A stretch of DNA of 64,000 nucleotides from Candidatus Marinacidobacterales bacterium (GTDB taxonomy: Bacteria > Acidobacteriota > Vicinamibacteria > Marinacidobacterales > DATDRI01), in NCBI GenBank assembly GCA_965226495.1, contig OZ245365.1:5056001-5120000 (forward strand). Direction: 5' to 3'. Positions 8,902-18,537 of the stretch are shown here, piece after piece (the first letter of the stretch is position 1; the number at the start of each line of letters is the position of its first letter). The position numbers were made by a program, and so were the translations under genes. A model generated the notes under the pieces. That model did no database searches. It was not told the origin of the DNA and was given only the letters and a program-made list of their open reading frames with translations.

Positions 8902-10719
8902 TCACACCTTGAGTCCAACCGCACGCATGAGCGCCAAGGCGTTGCTCTTCTGAACCACGCCCGACTGCATCTGGTAGCTGAACGTCATCTTTCCGTCTTC
9001 GAGGTGATCCTCGAAGTGAACGTTGGCTGCAGCGGGGGCGAGAGAGTCCGCGATCTTAGCAAGAGCCAAGTCGTGCGTGGTGATGAGACCGACCGCTCCG
9101 CCTTCGACCAAACCGCGCACGAGGCCGTCCGCTCCGATTCGACGATCGTGGGAGTTCGTACCTTGTAGGATTTCGTCTAAGAGGAAGAGCAAAGGCAATC
9201 CGTCCTCAGTCATCTCCATGATCTGTCGCAGGTGTAGGATCTCAGCATAGAAGCGTGAGATCCCTCCCTGCAGAGAATCTTGGATCCGGATGGAAGCACC
9301 GACCGCGAGCGGAGACAGACGGAGCGTTCTCGCGCGCACCGTGGCCCCCGCGAAAGCCAGCACGCTATTGGTTCCCACCGTCCGAAGGAGCGTGCTCTTG
9401 CCGGACATATTCGAGCCGCTAACGATCAACAACCGCTGCTCGCTTCCCAGTCGCAGGTCGTTCCTAACCACCCGCTCCTCGGGGATGAGGGGATGACCGA
9501 GCGCCTCACCCTCGAATCGAGGTCCGTGATCCACGACCGTCGGAAACGGGTCAGCGGGGTGCTCATACGAATAACTAGCGAGAGAAACCAAGGCCTCGAG
9601 CTCGCCGGTCGTAGCCAGCCAGCGATCGACCGAGCCCCCGAAACGAGAGCGCCAGGATTCGATCGCGAACGCCAATTGCGTTGCCCACAGCATCAAGGCG
9701 GCCAAGGGTGCAAACATCTGATTACGTCGACCGTCGAGCAAATCGATGAGACGGCGCAGACTTCTCACCTGCCGCGACGCAGGAATCTCATGCGTTCGGA
9801 GAGCTTCCTGAAGACTGATTAGCTTTGGTGAGGAGAAGGACTCGCGCTCCAGAAGCACCAGGAGCTTCGAAAGCACCGCAAGGTCGCGGGCGGGTTTCTC
9901 GACGGCGGTGATCACTCGACGGACTCGAGACCGTAGCCAGAAGGCAAAAGTGGCCTCGACCAGAAGAACCCAAAGTAACGGTAGACGGCTGACCAGCGAA
10001 CCCAGCCACGCAGCTACTAACGTCACCGACGCCGCGCCGATGATCACCGCGACGTAGCGCCTCCAATCGGACACGAGTATGGGAGACTCCGACGCCCAAC
10101 GAGACAGAGAGTCCGGATCGACTTGCGCCGGCGGTGCCTTCTCTTCCTTATCGAGAGTCGCGATCTCTTCTCTCAGGTCCAGTCTCGGCCGCAGCTCCTC
10201 GATCGCGACCTGTCGGGCACGGATTTCGGCAGGAGAGGCGGGAGAGAGAAGCCACTCGGCCAACGTCTTGGCGCCCCAACTCGTCGTTGCCGTAGAAAGG
10301 AGCTCGAAAAGCGAACCATGTCCGAAAAGATCCAGGTCGAGCGCGTATGGGTGAGAGGCAGGTAAGAAGCGCTCTCCGGAATCGCCGGCGCCCGCCCATC
10401 GGTTCTCCAACCGTGCCAATCCCCTCTCGTAAAAAGAAGCCGCGCTGGCTTCCCTTCGCCAGCGTCGCAAGACTCCGTCATGAACGACGACCAACCCGAG
10501 AAACGTCACGACCGGAACCGTCATCCACCACGGCGACAAAAGAGGGGTTCCCCAAGTAAACCATGCCACCACAAACCCCACCGCGAAGACTGCCAGACGA
10601 CCCAGAGAAATCCGAGTCGCTTCGCGACGGTGACTGTCTGCCTCGCTCTGACGTTGTTTGCGGAGTTCGGCGTAGACCGATTCTGGATTCGAAGGTGGGA
10701 CGAAGCTTTTGTCGTTCAC
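8902..10719 (-). CDS. Membrane-anchored MutS-related ATPase (MutS domain V)
   Basis: Hydrophobic helices followed by HPL, GSNMSGKST, SRFYAE, LLDEILQGTNSHDR and TTHDL motifs. Confidence 0.85.
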   Translation of the reverse strand: MNDKSFVPPSNPESVYAELRKQRQSEADSHRREATRISLGRLAVFAVGFVVAWFTWGTPLLSPWWMTVPVVTFLGLVVVHDGVLRRWRREASAASFYERGLARLENRWAGAGDSGERFLPASHPYALDLDLFGHGSLFELLSTATTSWGAKTLAEWLLSPASPAEIRARQVAIEELRPRLDLREEIATLDKEEKAPPAQVDPDSLSRWASESPILVSDWRRYVAVIIGAASVTLVAAWLGSLVSRLPLLWVLLVEATFAFWLRSRVRRVITAVEKPARDLAVLSKLLVLLERESFSSPKLISLQEALRTHEIPASRQVRSLRRLIDLLDGRRNQMFAPLAALMLWATQLAFAIESWRSRFGGSVDRWLATTGELEALVSLASYSYEHPADPFPTVVDHGPRFEGEALGHPLIPEERVVRNDLRLGSEQRLLIVSGSNMSGKSTLLRTVGTNSVLAFAGATVRARTLRLSPLAVGASIRIQDSLQGGISRFYAEILHLRQIMEMTEDGLPLLFLLDEILQGTNSHDRRIGADGLVRGLVEGGAVGLITTHDLALAKIADSLAPAAANVHFEDHLEDGKMTFSYQMQSGVVQKSNALALMRAVGLKV

Positions 10720-10734
10720 AAGGCGAGTCGAACC

Positions 10735-11346
10735 CTAACTCGAAAAACGGCGAAGCGCGCCCTTCAGCGCGCTCTCGAAAGACGGGTTGGTCACGTTCTT
10801 CAACGCCTCGCGCACCGCTTGGTCCACTTGACTTCTTTGGTACCCCAGATTGAGGAGAGCGGATACCAGGTCGTCGCGCAATGCGGTCTCGGGAGCCGAC
10901 TCGGATACTGCACCTTGGGCAGGCTCTTCGATTCGAGCCAGTAGCTCGGGCATTTTGTCCTTGAGCTCCACCACCAAACGCTCTGCCGTCTTCTTCCCCA
11001 CGCCGGGGATAGAGCCGAGGCGCCGCAAGTCGCCGTGTCGGATGGCATCGACGAGATCCGCCGGCTCCAATCCCGATAACACTTTGAGGCCGAGCGCCGG
11101 ACCTACCCCGGCTACCGAGATCAGCCTCTGAAAGAGCACCTCTTCGATCTGGGTGAGGAAACCGAATAGCGCAATCAAGTCCTCTCGCACGTGAGTATGG
11201 ACACGAAGAGACACCGTTGCCCCTTCTGCCTTGAGTTCGTAATAAGTGGACAATGGGATGAGGACTTTGTAACCCACGCCGCCGACGTCGAGGGTCACCT
11301 GTCCCGGTTTCTTGTCGCGAAGAGTTCCACTAAGGTGAGCGATCAT
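10735..11346 (-). CDS. ruvA: Holliday junction DNA-binding subunit
   Basis: MIAHLSG start at ATG 11346; GGVGY, HVRED, VAGVGP, IPGVGKKTAERL and ALLNLGY motifs. Confidence 0.95.
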   Translation of the reverse strand: MIAHLSGTLRDKKPGQVTLDVGGVGYKVLIPLSTYYELKAEGATVSLRVHTHVREDLIALFGFLTQIEEVLFQRLISVAGVGPALGLKVLSGLEPADLVDAIRHGDLRRLGSIPGVGKKTAERLVVELKDKMPELLARIEEPAQGAVSESAPETALRDDLVSALLNLGYQRSQVDQAVREALKNVTNPSFESALKGALRRFSS

Positions 11347-11366
11347 TCTTGGGTCTACAACAACGC

Positions 11367-11861
11367 TCAACGACTCGGGGCGACGCGCTCGGTGAAGCGA
11401 AGTCGGTGGGCATCGCAAAGAGCTACCGCCAAGGCGTCAGCAGCATCGTGGGGCTCTGGCAGCTCTTCTAGCCGAAGTAAAACCATCACCATCCTTTGCA
11501 CCTGTTCCTTGTCGGCGCGACCGTAGCCGACTACGGCTTGCTTGACCTCGAGAGGGCTATACTCAAAGACGGGTACGCCCTGGGAGACACCCGCCAGAAG
11601 GGTGACCCCTCTGACGTGGCCGAGACGCAATGCACTCTTTACGTTGGCAGCGTAGAAGAGGTCTTCGACAACCACCCGCTCCGGATGACAGCGCTCGAGG
11701 ATCTTCAAAAGCTCGACGTGTATGTAGTGGAGCCTTTCCGCGAAAGCAACGCGTGGACTTCGGATGACGCCGTACTCGACGAGGGAATGTTCGTTCCCGT
11801 CGGTGTCGATCGCCCCGTAGCCAGTGGCCTGGGTGCCCGGGTCGATACCGAAGATTCTCAA
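11367..11861 (-). CDS. ruvC: Holliday junction resolvase
   Basis: GIDPG, VVEDLF, VKQAVVGYGRADKEQV and DAADALAVA motifs. Confidence 0.96.
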   Translation of the reverse strand: MRIFGIDPGTQATGYGAIDTDGNEHSLVEYGVIRSPRVAFAERLHYIHVELLKILERCHPERVVVEDLFYAANVKSALRLGHVRGVTLLAGVSQGVPVFEYSPLEVKQAVVGYGRADKEQVQRMVMVLLRLEELPEPHDAADALAVALCDAHRLRFTERVAPSR

Positions 11862-11882
11862 GGTACCTGCTCGGGATCGACT

Positions 11883-12638
11883 TCAGTTGGAAGCCAGGAC
11901 AGCCTCGATCTCCTTTTCCTCTATGTCGAAGTTAGCCCAAACGTTCGTCGAGTCTTCGTTGTCTTCCAGGGCCTCCATGAGTCGAAGCATCTGCACCGCG
12001 CTCTTGCCTGAAAGTTTGACGTGACTTTGCGGGGTCATGATGATCTGCTCCACGGCAAGAGAAACGTTCTTCGTTTCGAGAGCTTGGCGAACGGGCTCGA
12101 AAGACTCGAAAGGCGTGAATATCTCCCAGTTGCTACCGTCATCGTTCACGTCTTCGGCGCCGGCCTCCAACGCGATCTCGAGGAGAACCTCTTCTGCGAT
12201 CTTTTCCTTTTCCACTACCAAGTAACCCTTCTTTTGGAACATCCAGGCCACCGAACCCGCTTCACTCATGCTGCCGCCGAACTTCGAGAACAGATGCCGA
12301 AGCTCGGAAACGGTGCGGTTCTTGTTATCGGTCGTCGCCTCGATGAGAACCGCCACCCCACCTTGCCCATAACCCTCATAGACCACTTCTTCCAGATTGA
12401 ACCCTTCGAGTTCCCCGGTCCCCTTCTTGATCGCGCGGTTCACGTTGTCCTTCGGCATGTTGAGGGCCTTGGCCTTCTGAACAGCCAGCCGAAGGCGAGG
12501 ATTGGCCCCCGCGTCGCCGCCGCCGAGGCGAGCCGCGACGGTGATCTCCTTGGTCACCTGCGTGAAGGCCTGGCCTCGCTTGGCATCCGCGCGGCCCTTC
12601 TTGTGCTTGATGGAGTGCCACTTGGAATGTCCAGACAT
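11883..12638 (-). CDS. yebC: YebC/PmpR family protein
   Basis: [14 protein letters not shown] start at ATG 12638; YEGYG and TDNKNRT motifs; usual position before ruvC. Confidence 0.95.
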   Translation of the reverse strand: MSGHSKWHSIKHKKGRADAKRGQAFTQVTKEITVAARLGGGDAGANPRLRLAVQKAKALNMPKDNVNRAIKKGTGELEGFNLEEVVYEGYGQGGVAVLIEATTDNKNRTVSELRHLFSKFGGSMSEAGSVAWMFQKKGYLVVEKEKIAEEVLLEIALEAGAEDVNDDGSNWEIFTPFESFEPVRQALETKNVSLAVEQIIMTPQSHVKLSGKSAVQMLRLMEALEDNEDSTNVWANFDIEEKEIEAVLASN

Positions 12639-13051
12639 AACTACACCGTTTACTAAGGTTTCGGATGTTAACACGCGAAGTAGGTGGGTTCAATCGTCGG
12701 ACCTCGGCCCCGCCCCCGACCTCCTGCCCCCAAGGTTGACTACTCTGTATACCTGGGTGAAGTCGCAAATACCGAGCCAAGGGGAATCAAAGAACCGATC
12801 TGGACTCTCCTGCGCGAGCTGAGCTCGGCAGCAAGGCCTGGAAGCGCACCGCCCTCTTTTTCCGTCCCTAACTCGGTGTGCTATTCTCCCTCTTCTACAA
12901 GGAGGGAGAGCCCAGCCACCGAAGTGAAAATGCGGCAGCAGCGGAGGGACATAGTGGTCAAGCCCCCCTGTCCTTAACGGATTGACCTCCGACACCCAAC
13001 CTCGAAGGAGACCGGCCCGCTGCTCAGGCATCTCGCTGTGGCCAAACAGCC

Positions 13052-13852
13052 ATGCTCGAAATCAAACCACTCGAAACGAGAGAGTATGAGTCGAAGTACC
13101 GGGCCGCGTATTTGAGCCAACTGTCTTTGCCCCAGGATGGTATGTGGGAAGTATTCGCCCAAATGGCGGGCTACAGTGAGTTGATTTGGAGAGGGAAACC
13201 TTGTGGTTTCACGTCAGTCAATGAGCAAAACCAACTGCTCCATTTTTTCGTGACGCCTCAATATCAAAATCAAGTCGCCGAGATTTGGCAAGGTTTACTT
13301 GAAAAAACGGCGATTAAGGCAGCCCAAGTTGGGAGTCATGATCCACAATTCCTCAGTCTATGCCTGGACCAAAACAAAACGGTACGGGTTCACACTTTGC
13401 TCTACCACAATCCCAAGAGTAACCGCGGTAAGAAGATCTCTCTTTTGCAACATGAGGCGTTCGAGAAAGCCTCCCCGGACATCCTCGACGAGCTAATTTC
13501 CTTCGTGCAATCGCATGTCGGTGATTCAGGCTCGTGGCTGAAGGATTATTTATCACATTGGGTAGGGCAGCACGCCGTCCATTGCCTGAGGAACGAAGGT
13601 AGGTTGGTTGCCACGGGTGAATTGAGACCAAGTCCCAGCCAGCTCGGGGTTGCTGATCTGGGTGTGATCGTGCACCGCGACTACCGTGGGAAGGGGACGG
13701 CTACTCGTGTCGTTGATGCCCTGATTCACGATGGATTGATTCAGAAATGGACGCTAATTGCCTCAACGGAACAACAAAATCTAGCCGCTCAGAAAGCACT
13801 CACTCGGGCCGGTTTGGCGACCCATCACCGCATGGCGGAGGTGAGTTGGTAG
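13052..13852 (+). CDS. GNAT-family N-acetyltransferase
   Basis: C-terminal DLGVIVHRDYRGKGTAT acetyl-CoA motif and NLAAQKALTRAG; DNA is visibly more AT-rich than the flanks. Confidence 0.8.
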   Translation: MLEIKPLETREYESKYRAAYLSQLSLPQDGMWEVFAQMAGYSELIWRGKPCGFTSVNEQNQLLHFFVTPQYQNQVAEIWQGLLEKTAIKAAQVGSHDPQFLSLCLDQNKTVRVHTLLYHNPKSNRGKKISLLQHEAFEKASPDILDELISFVQSHVGDSGSWLKDYLSHWVGQHAVHCLRNEGRLVATGELRPSPSQLGVADLGVIVHRDYRGKGTATRVVDALIHDGLIQKWTLIASTEQQNLAAQKALTRAGLATHHRMAEVSW

Positions 13853-13973
13853 AAAAACAACCGATCTTCGAGAGCCTAGAGTTGAAGAGTTGAAGGCCAA
13901 ATTCATCTAGCGTGGGCGACACTGTCCCCTGGCTTACCCGCAGGCCGGAGTGGCGGCGACGCTCCGCCGGTGG

Positions 13974-14858
13974 TCAGTCATCGAAAACGAAGGTCGGCTC
14001 CTGATAATACCGAACCTTCCTCTCGCTGACTTTCTCGTTGATGGCCTCCTGGAGCCAGTGGCGTTTTTCTTGCAGCGGTAAATGAGACTTCAAGAGCGCG
14101 AGTTGCAGGTTGAAACCCAATACGCGACGCGGGACCAGGATCCGTGTTACGCCAGAGGGGAGACGCTCCCCCGCTTCGGCGACTCGGCGCACATCTTCCT
14201 TCGAAAAATTAGGAAAGAGTACTAGTGCCCCGAAGTGGGGATAGTGTTGTCTTATCGATGGAAAGTCGGTGTGGTTCACGCGATCCATCCGACCTGGACC
14301 GTGGTAGTAGATTTTGGTGAGCTCTCTCAGATGGCCCACGCGCTCGCTCAACTCGAGCTTGCCACGAAGATGAAGCGCCTTCGACTCGCTGAGAGCAATC
14401 GTGCACAGGTAGTCGGGATTTGACTCGTCTCCTCGATCCATGGGCTCGGTTTCTTTCACTGTCACCCCTGGTATCGAATTCGCCTTCTCCACGATTGTTT
14501 TCGCCTCGATGTCACGCACCACGTGGTTCCAATGAGAGATGACGAGCCCCGGCTCCTCGTAGCGTTCCACCTGGACGAGCAGATGCGGCACTTCCAGATT
14601 TCGAAGGGCGGAGACGCGGTTCGCGCCATCTAGCAACATATAGCGGTGGCTGCCGGCGAGGCTTGCGACGATGGGAGGATTCTTGAGAACGCCGTCTGCG
14701 GACAGACGGTCGATCAAGCGAGCCACCCTATCGAGATCTTCCTCCTCGTGCAGCAAGAGATCATCCTGCGCCACGATGCGAAGATCGGGAAACTCCCCAC
14801 CCTGACCGTGATGTCCGCGCTGCTGGTGCTGTCGATCAGAAGACTTCTTATTCACCAT
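13974..14858 (-). CDS. ParB/Srx-fold protein resembling SbnI/SerK free-serine kinases
   Basis: LLLHEE, LKNPPIV, YMLLDGANR, LPSGVTR and RYYQEP motifs; ATG 14858 overlaps the end of the upstream gene. Confidence 0.65.
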   Translation of the reverse strand: MVNKKSSDRQHQQRGHHGQGGEFPDLRIVAQDDLLLHEEEDLDRVARLIDRLSADGVLKNPPIVASLAGSHRYMLLDGANRVSALRNLEVPHLLVQVERYEEPGLVISHWNHVVRDIEAKTIVEKANSIPGVTVKETEPMDRGDESNPDYLCTIALSESKALHLRGKLELSERVGHLRELTKIYYHGPGRMDRVNHTDFPSIRQHYPHFGALVLFPNFSKEDVRRVAEAGERLPSGVTRILVPRRVLGFNLQLALLKSHLPLQEKRHWLQEAINEKVSERKVRYYQEPTFVFDD

Positions 14859-15390
14859 TAGGCATGCCGGGAACCTCGACCCCCGCGAGCCGGAGGTAGA
14901 CGTAAAGACTTCCTCGGTAGTGCAACTCTTGCTCGAGCATGCGGAAGGCGAGTTGCGCACGAGTCATTTTCGTTTCCGAGTCAGTTTCCGGGCCAATTTC
15001 TAAGTTTGCGTCGTTCGGCTCCTTGAAAGGTGAATCGACTTTCTTGTGGAAAGCATCGTTCGTCATCGTCGCTAACCCACTGACGACATCTTCGTGAAGT
15101 CTCCGGAAGAAGCTCATCGCCTCATCACGGCGCGCAAAATCGAGCGGAGGCTCGAGTTCCCATTCCCCTTCCAGGATGCCCCGGGTCATGAACAGCTCGT
15201 TGCTTATGACCTGACCGACCAACTCTCGAAAGCTGCTCATCGTCTCAGCGGGTCGCCACTCCCATTTTTCTTCGGTCACGAGGTTGCAGATTTGGAGCGA
15301 TCTGGCGAAGGTGCGGCGGTAGCGATCGATGAACTGCCTGACGTGGATGTCATCGGTGCCGCTTTCTTCCATTGCCACGCTGCCAACCAC
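14848..15390 (-). CDS. DinB/YfiT-like four-helix-bundle protein
   Basis: WEWRP..MSSFRELV and ELHYRGSLYVYLRLAGVEVP patterns; start could be 15372. Confidence 0.7.
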   Translation of the reverse strand: MVGSVAMEESGTDDIHVRQFIDRYRRTFARSLQICNLVTEEKWEWRPAETMSSFRELVGQVISNELFMTRGILEGEWELEPPLDFARRDEAMSFFRRLHEDVVSGLATMTNDAFHKKVDSPFKEPNDANLEIGPETDSETKMTRAQLAFRMLEQELHYRGSLYVYLRLAGVEVPGMPNGE

Positions 15391-15437
15391 CCACCTCCCA
15401 AAACCTCAATGATGACTCTCATTATAGACCCTTTACG

Positions 15438-15467
15438 TTGACAATTCGGTGCATCGGACCATAGCAT
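15438..15467 (+). promoter_or_regulatory. Sigma70-type promoter of the ABC transporter operon
   Basis: TTGACA (15438-15443), 18 nt, TAGCAT (15462-15467), 8 nt, ATG. Confidence 0.55.
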
Positions 15468-15475
15468 CGCGAATC

Positions 15476-16693
15476 ATGTTCCGACTGTGTTGCGCGGTCT
15501 TGGCCCTGTCGATCGGTTGTGCGGCGCCAGCTCCTACCGGGCCGGCGTTGACCCTGGGCGCAGCGATTCCCTTGAGCGGCAAGCATGCGAAGGCGGGAAA
15601 ATTTTTCAAGCAGGGCTACGAGCTCGCCATCGAAGAAAAAAACGAACAGGGTGGTGTCCTTCTCAGCGAAGGCGTACGTCTTCCGGTGAGACTGTTTCTG
15701 TATGACGACAAGAGCGACGCTGCTACCGCGGTGAGCCTAATCGAACGATTGGTGGCGGTGGATGAGGTGAACGCATTGCTTTCCGGCTACAGCACGCCGC
15801 TCATTCAGGCACAAGTCGTGGTGCCCGAGAAATACGGCGTCCCCTACCTGAACGCGGGTGGAGCATCCAAACCCATTTTCAAGCCCACCAACCGGTGGAT
15901 CTTCGGACTACTGACCCCGGTGGAGAAGCTCGCCGAAACCACCATGGATTGGCTTGCGCTCGAGCAAGACGCGAAACGACTACCCCGGCCAACCCGGATC
16001 GCGTTGGTATGGCAAAACAGCGATCACGGTCGGGAGTACCGTTCGGGCGTTCAAGGAGCACTACGCCGCTATGGCGATCGGTTCGATTTGGCAATGGACG
16101 AAGGCTTCGAGCACTTGGCCAAAGATCACACGGCGCTCCTCATCAAAGTGAAGGCGGTCGAGGCGGATGTGTTCCTCTCAGACGCGCATGAACCCGATTA
16201 CGTGCTGCAGCACCGCGCCTACGTCGAGCAGGGCCTGCATCATAAAGTCGTCTCCTACGGCGCGCGGGGCCCTGAAGGTAGTGCTCGCCGCGCGCTCGGG
16301 GAGCATGTGAACTACAACATTGCCGCTCAATGGTGGTCGCCGTCCCTTCCCTACGCGCAATCGAAGCTGTTCCTCGAAAGCTTCCGGAATGCCTACCACC
16401 AGGCCCCGACCGAATACTATCCAGCTCTAGCCTATGAAGGCGCGCGAACCATTATGGCGGCCGTGGAAATCGCTGGCTCGGTGGAGAGAGACGCCATTCG
16501 CGAGGCGCTCGCCTCGCTCGAGCTCCGCGATAGCTTGATCCCCGGCGAGCGTATCTACTTCCCCGCCGAGAATCGGTATCAGATCGATAACACGTGCCTC
16601 ATCGTTCAAAATAAACCAGGAGGCGGAGTGGATATCATCTACCCACCCAACTTGGCGACGGGCGAAGCCATCGTACCTCGCCCTGTCCGCTAG
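15476..16693 (+). CDS. LivJ/K-type ABC transporter substrate-binding lipoprotein
   Basis: Lipobox-like SIGC; GAAIPLSG and YDDKSD motifs; first gene of a livHMGF-like set. Confidence 0.85.
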   Translation: MFRLCCAVLALSIGCAAPAPTGPALTLGAAIPLSGKHAKAGKFFKQGYELAIEEKNEQGGVLLSEGVRLPVRLFLYDDKSDAATAVSLIERLVAVDEVNALLSGYSTPLIQAQVVVPEKYGVPYLNAGGASKPIFKPTNRWIFGLLTPVEKLAETTMDWLALEQDAKRLPRPTRIALVWQNSDHGREYRSGVQGALRRYGDRFDLAMDEGFEHLAKDHTALLIKVKAVEADVFLSDAHEPDYVLQHRAYVEQGLHHKVVSYGARGPEGSARRALGEHVNYNIAAQWWSPSLPYAQSKLFLESFRNAYHQAPTEYYPALAYEGARTIMAAVEIAGSVERDAIREALASLELRDSLIPGERIYFPAENRYQIDNTCLIVQNKPGGGVDIIYPPNLATGEAIVPRPVR

Positions 16694-16723
16694 TCGAGCA
16701 ACACCGCACGTCGTGAAGCACTG

Positions 16724-17593
16724 ATGACTCTGACTTGGCCAGATCTCGCGACCGTGGTCGTCTCCGGGATGCTCCTAGGTGCCCTATATGGATTGATGTC
16801 CTACGGGCTCGGACTCATCTATGGCGTCATGAAGATCGTGAACCTAGCGCACGGCGCCATGCTCACGCTCGGAGCCTACGGAACTCTCTGGCTCTACACC
16901 AACTACCACATCGATCCTCTGCTCTCGATTCCGCTGACCGCCGTCGGCGGATTCGTAATCGGGGTTCTACTAGAGATCAGCCTGGTCAAGAGGATTCGAC
17001 AAGCCCCCCCCATTTCCTCATTGCTGCTTCTCTTTGGGGTCTGTTTGGTTGTGAAGAACGTCCTCTACCTCTCCTTCGGCGGTGATGATCAATCGATCCT
17101 GACGAGCTACACCTTCGAGCGCTTGGATCTTGGTATTCCGGTTGGCTTGACGCGGTTCCTTGTCTTCGGGATCTCCCTTCTTTGCTTCGGCGGACTCCAG
17201 TACCTGCTTCATCATACGTATCCGGGGAGGGCGATCCGAGCCGTGGCACAGGATTCTGTTGCCGCTGCGCTTGCCGGCATCAATGTGGACCGCGTTTCGG
17301 CCATGACCTTCGGACTGGGGTCGGCGCTGGCGGCCATCGCCGGTAGCCTCATGGCGTTGATCTATTCCTTCAACCCCGAGTTCGGTGGAAGCTTCTTGCT
17401 GAAGAGCTTTTGCGTTGTCGTTCTCGGAGGGTTGGAGAGCACGATAGGGATTCTCCTCGGCGGATTCGTGCTCGGACTCGCAGAATCGATGTCGGTAGTC
17501 GTTTTGCCGGCGTCCTTCCAAGACTTGGTGAGCTTCGTTCTGCTGGTCGCCATCCTGGTGATTCGGCCTCCGCGAACAGGACAAAAGCCATGA
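16724..17593 (+). CDS. livH: Branched-chain amino acid-type ABC permease (LivH-like)
   Basis: GLGLIYGVMKIVNLAHG, GRAIRAVAQD and VVLGGLES motifs. Confidence 0.88.
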   Translation: MTLTWPDLATVVVSGMLLGALYGLMSYGLGLIYGVMKIVNLAHGAMLTLGAYGTLWLYTNYHIDPLLSIPLTAVGGFVIGVLLEISLVKRIRQAPPISSLLLLFGVCLVVKNVLYLSFGGDDQSILTSYTFERLDLGIPVGLTRFLVFGISLLCFGGLQYLLHHTYPGRAIRAVAQDSVAAALAGINVDRVSAMTFGLGSALAAIAGSLMALIYSFNPEFGGSFLLKSFCVVVLGGLESTIGILLGGFVLGLAESMSVVVLPASFQDLVSFVLLVAILVIRPPRTGQKP

Positions 17594-18537
17594 GGTTGCT
17601 CCGACCGGGAGCAGCGGCGGTCGTGGTGACGACCCTCTCCATTCTCCCATTCGCCCTGACGGAACGTCCCTATCTCCTTCACCTTGTCATCCTCTGCCTG
17701 CTCTATGTTTGCTTCGCGAGCGCCTGGAACATCGTTGGCGGTTTCATTGGACAAATTTCGTTTGGACACGCCGCCTTCGTCGGCATCGGCGCCTATACGA
17801 CTGCCCTGCTGTGGCTTCGGCTCGACGTGCACCCGGTTCTCACAATGCCGGTCGCAGGCTCGATAGCGGCTGCCTATGGATGGCTCTGGGGCTGGCCGTG
17901 CTTGCGTCTCACTGGCCCGTACTTTGCGATTGCGACCATCGGCGTCGGTGAAGCGACGCGGCTGATAATGAACAATCTCGAGGTGACCGGTGGCTCTTCT
18001 GGGCTCACCCTGCCAACGCCCGAGTCCTACAGCCGTCTCCCGGCCTACTACCTAGTAGTTTGCCTGGCAGCGATCACGGTGGGGACGTCGTTATGGATCT
18101 CCCGTTCTCGATTCGGGCTGGGACTCCGCGCCATTCGAGACGACCGCGACGTGGCCGAGTCCCTGGGAGTTCCCACCGCGCGTTACCAACTCTATGCCCT
18201 CTCGATCTCGAGCTTTCTTGCCGGAATGGCGGGTAGCTTCTACGCCCAATACATCTTTTACATCGTACCGGAAGAGGTTTTCGGTTTCGATCTCTCGATC
18301 AGCATGATCCTCATGGCGCTCATCGGCGGACTGGGAACGATCCTTGGACCGGTGGTCGGCGCGGTTGTGTTCTTGCTCCTCGAGCAACTCGTGTTAGTCA
18401 GCTTTCCGAATCTTCACCTCGGGACCTTCGGACTATTGCTCATTGCGATCGTTCTCTTCGAGCCGCGTGGAGTGGGCGGTGTCTTACAGCGTCTCCGCAA
18501 CCGGCTGTTCAAGGAGTCCGCACGTGGCACTTCTTGA
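17590..18537 (+). CDS. livM: Branched-chain amino acid-type ABC permease (LivM-like)
   Basis: ATG 17590 overlaps the livH stop; GQISFGHAAF, LRLTGPYFAIAT and GGLGTILGP motifs. Confidence 0.88.
   Translation: MRLLRPGAAAVVVTTLSILPFALTERPYLLHLVILCLLYVCFASAWNIVGGFIGQISFGHAAFVGIGAYTTALLWLRLDVHPVLTMPVAGSIAAAYGWLWGWPCLRLTGPYFAIATIGVGEATRLIMNNLEVTGGSSGLTLPTPESYSRLPAYYLVVCLAAITVGTSLWISRSRFGLGLRAIRDDRDVAESLGVPTARYQLYALSISSFLAGMAGSFYAQYIFYIVPEEVFGFDLSISMILMALIGGLGTILGPVVGAVVFLLLEQLVLVSFPNLHLGTFGLLLIAIVLFEPRGVGGVLQRLRNRLFKESARGTS

Noticed and set aside
12904-13030. Glycine riboswitch-like words GGAGAG, CACCGAAG and CTCAGG
   Set aside because: The bases after GAAG cannot pair with those before TCAGG as the aptamer requires, the spacing is too long, and the downstream gene is not glycine-related
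13853-13900. Possible integron attC site after the GNAT gene
   Set aside because: No proper RYYYAAC/GTTRRRY pair or extended palindrome, and no integrase in the window
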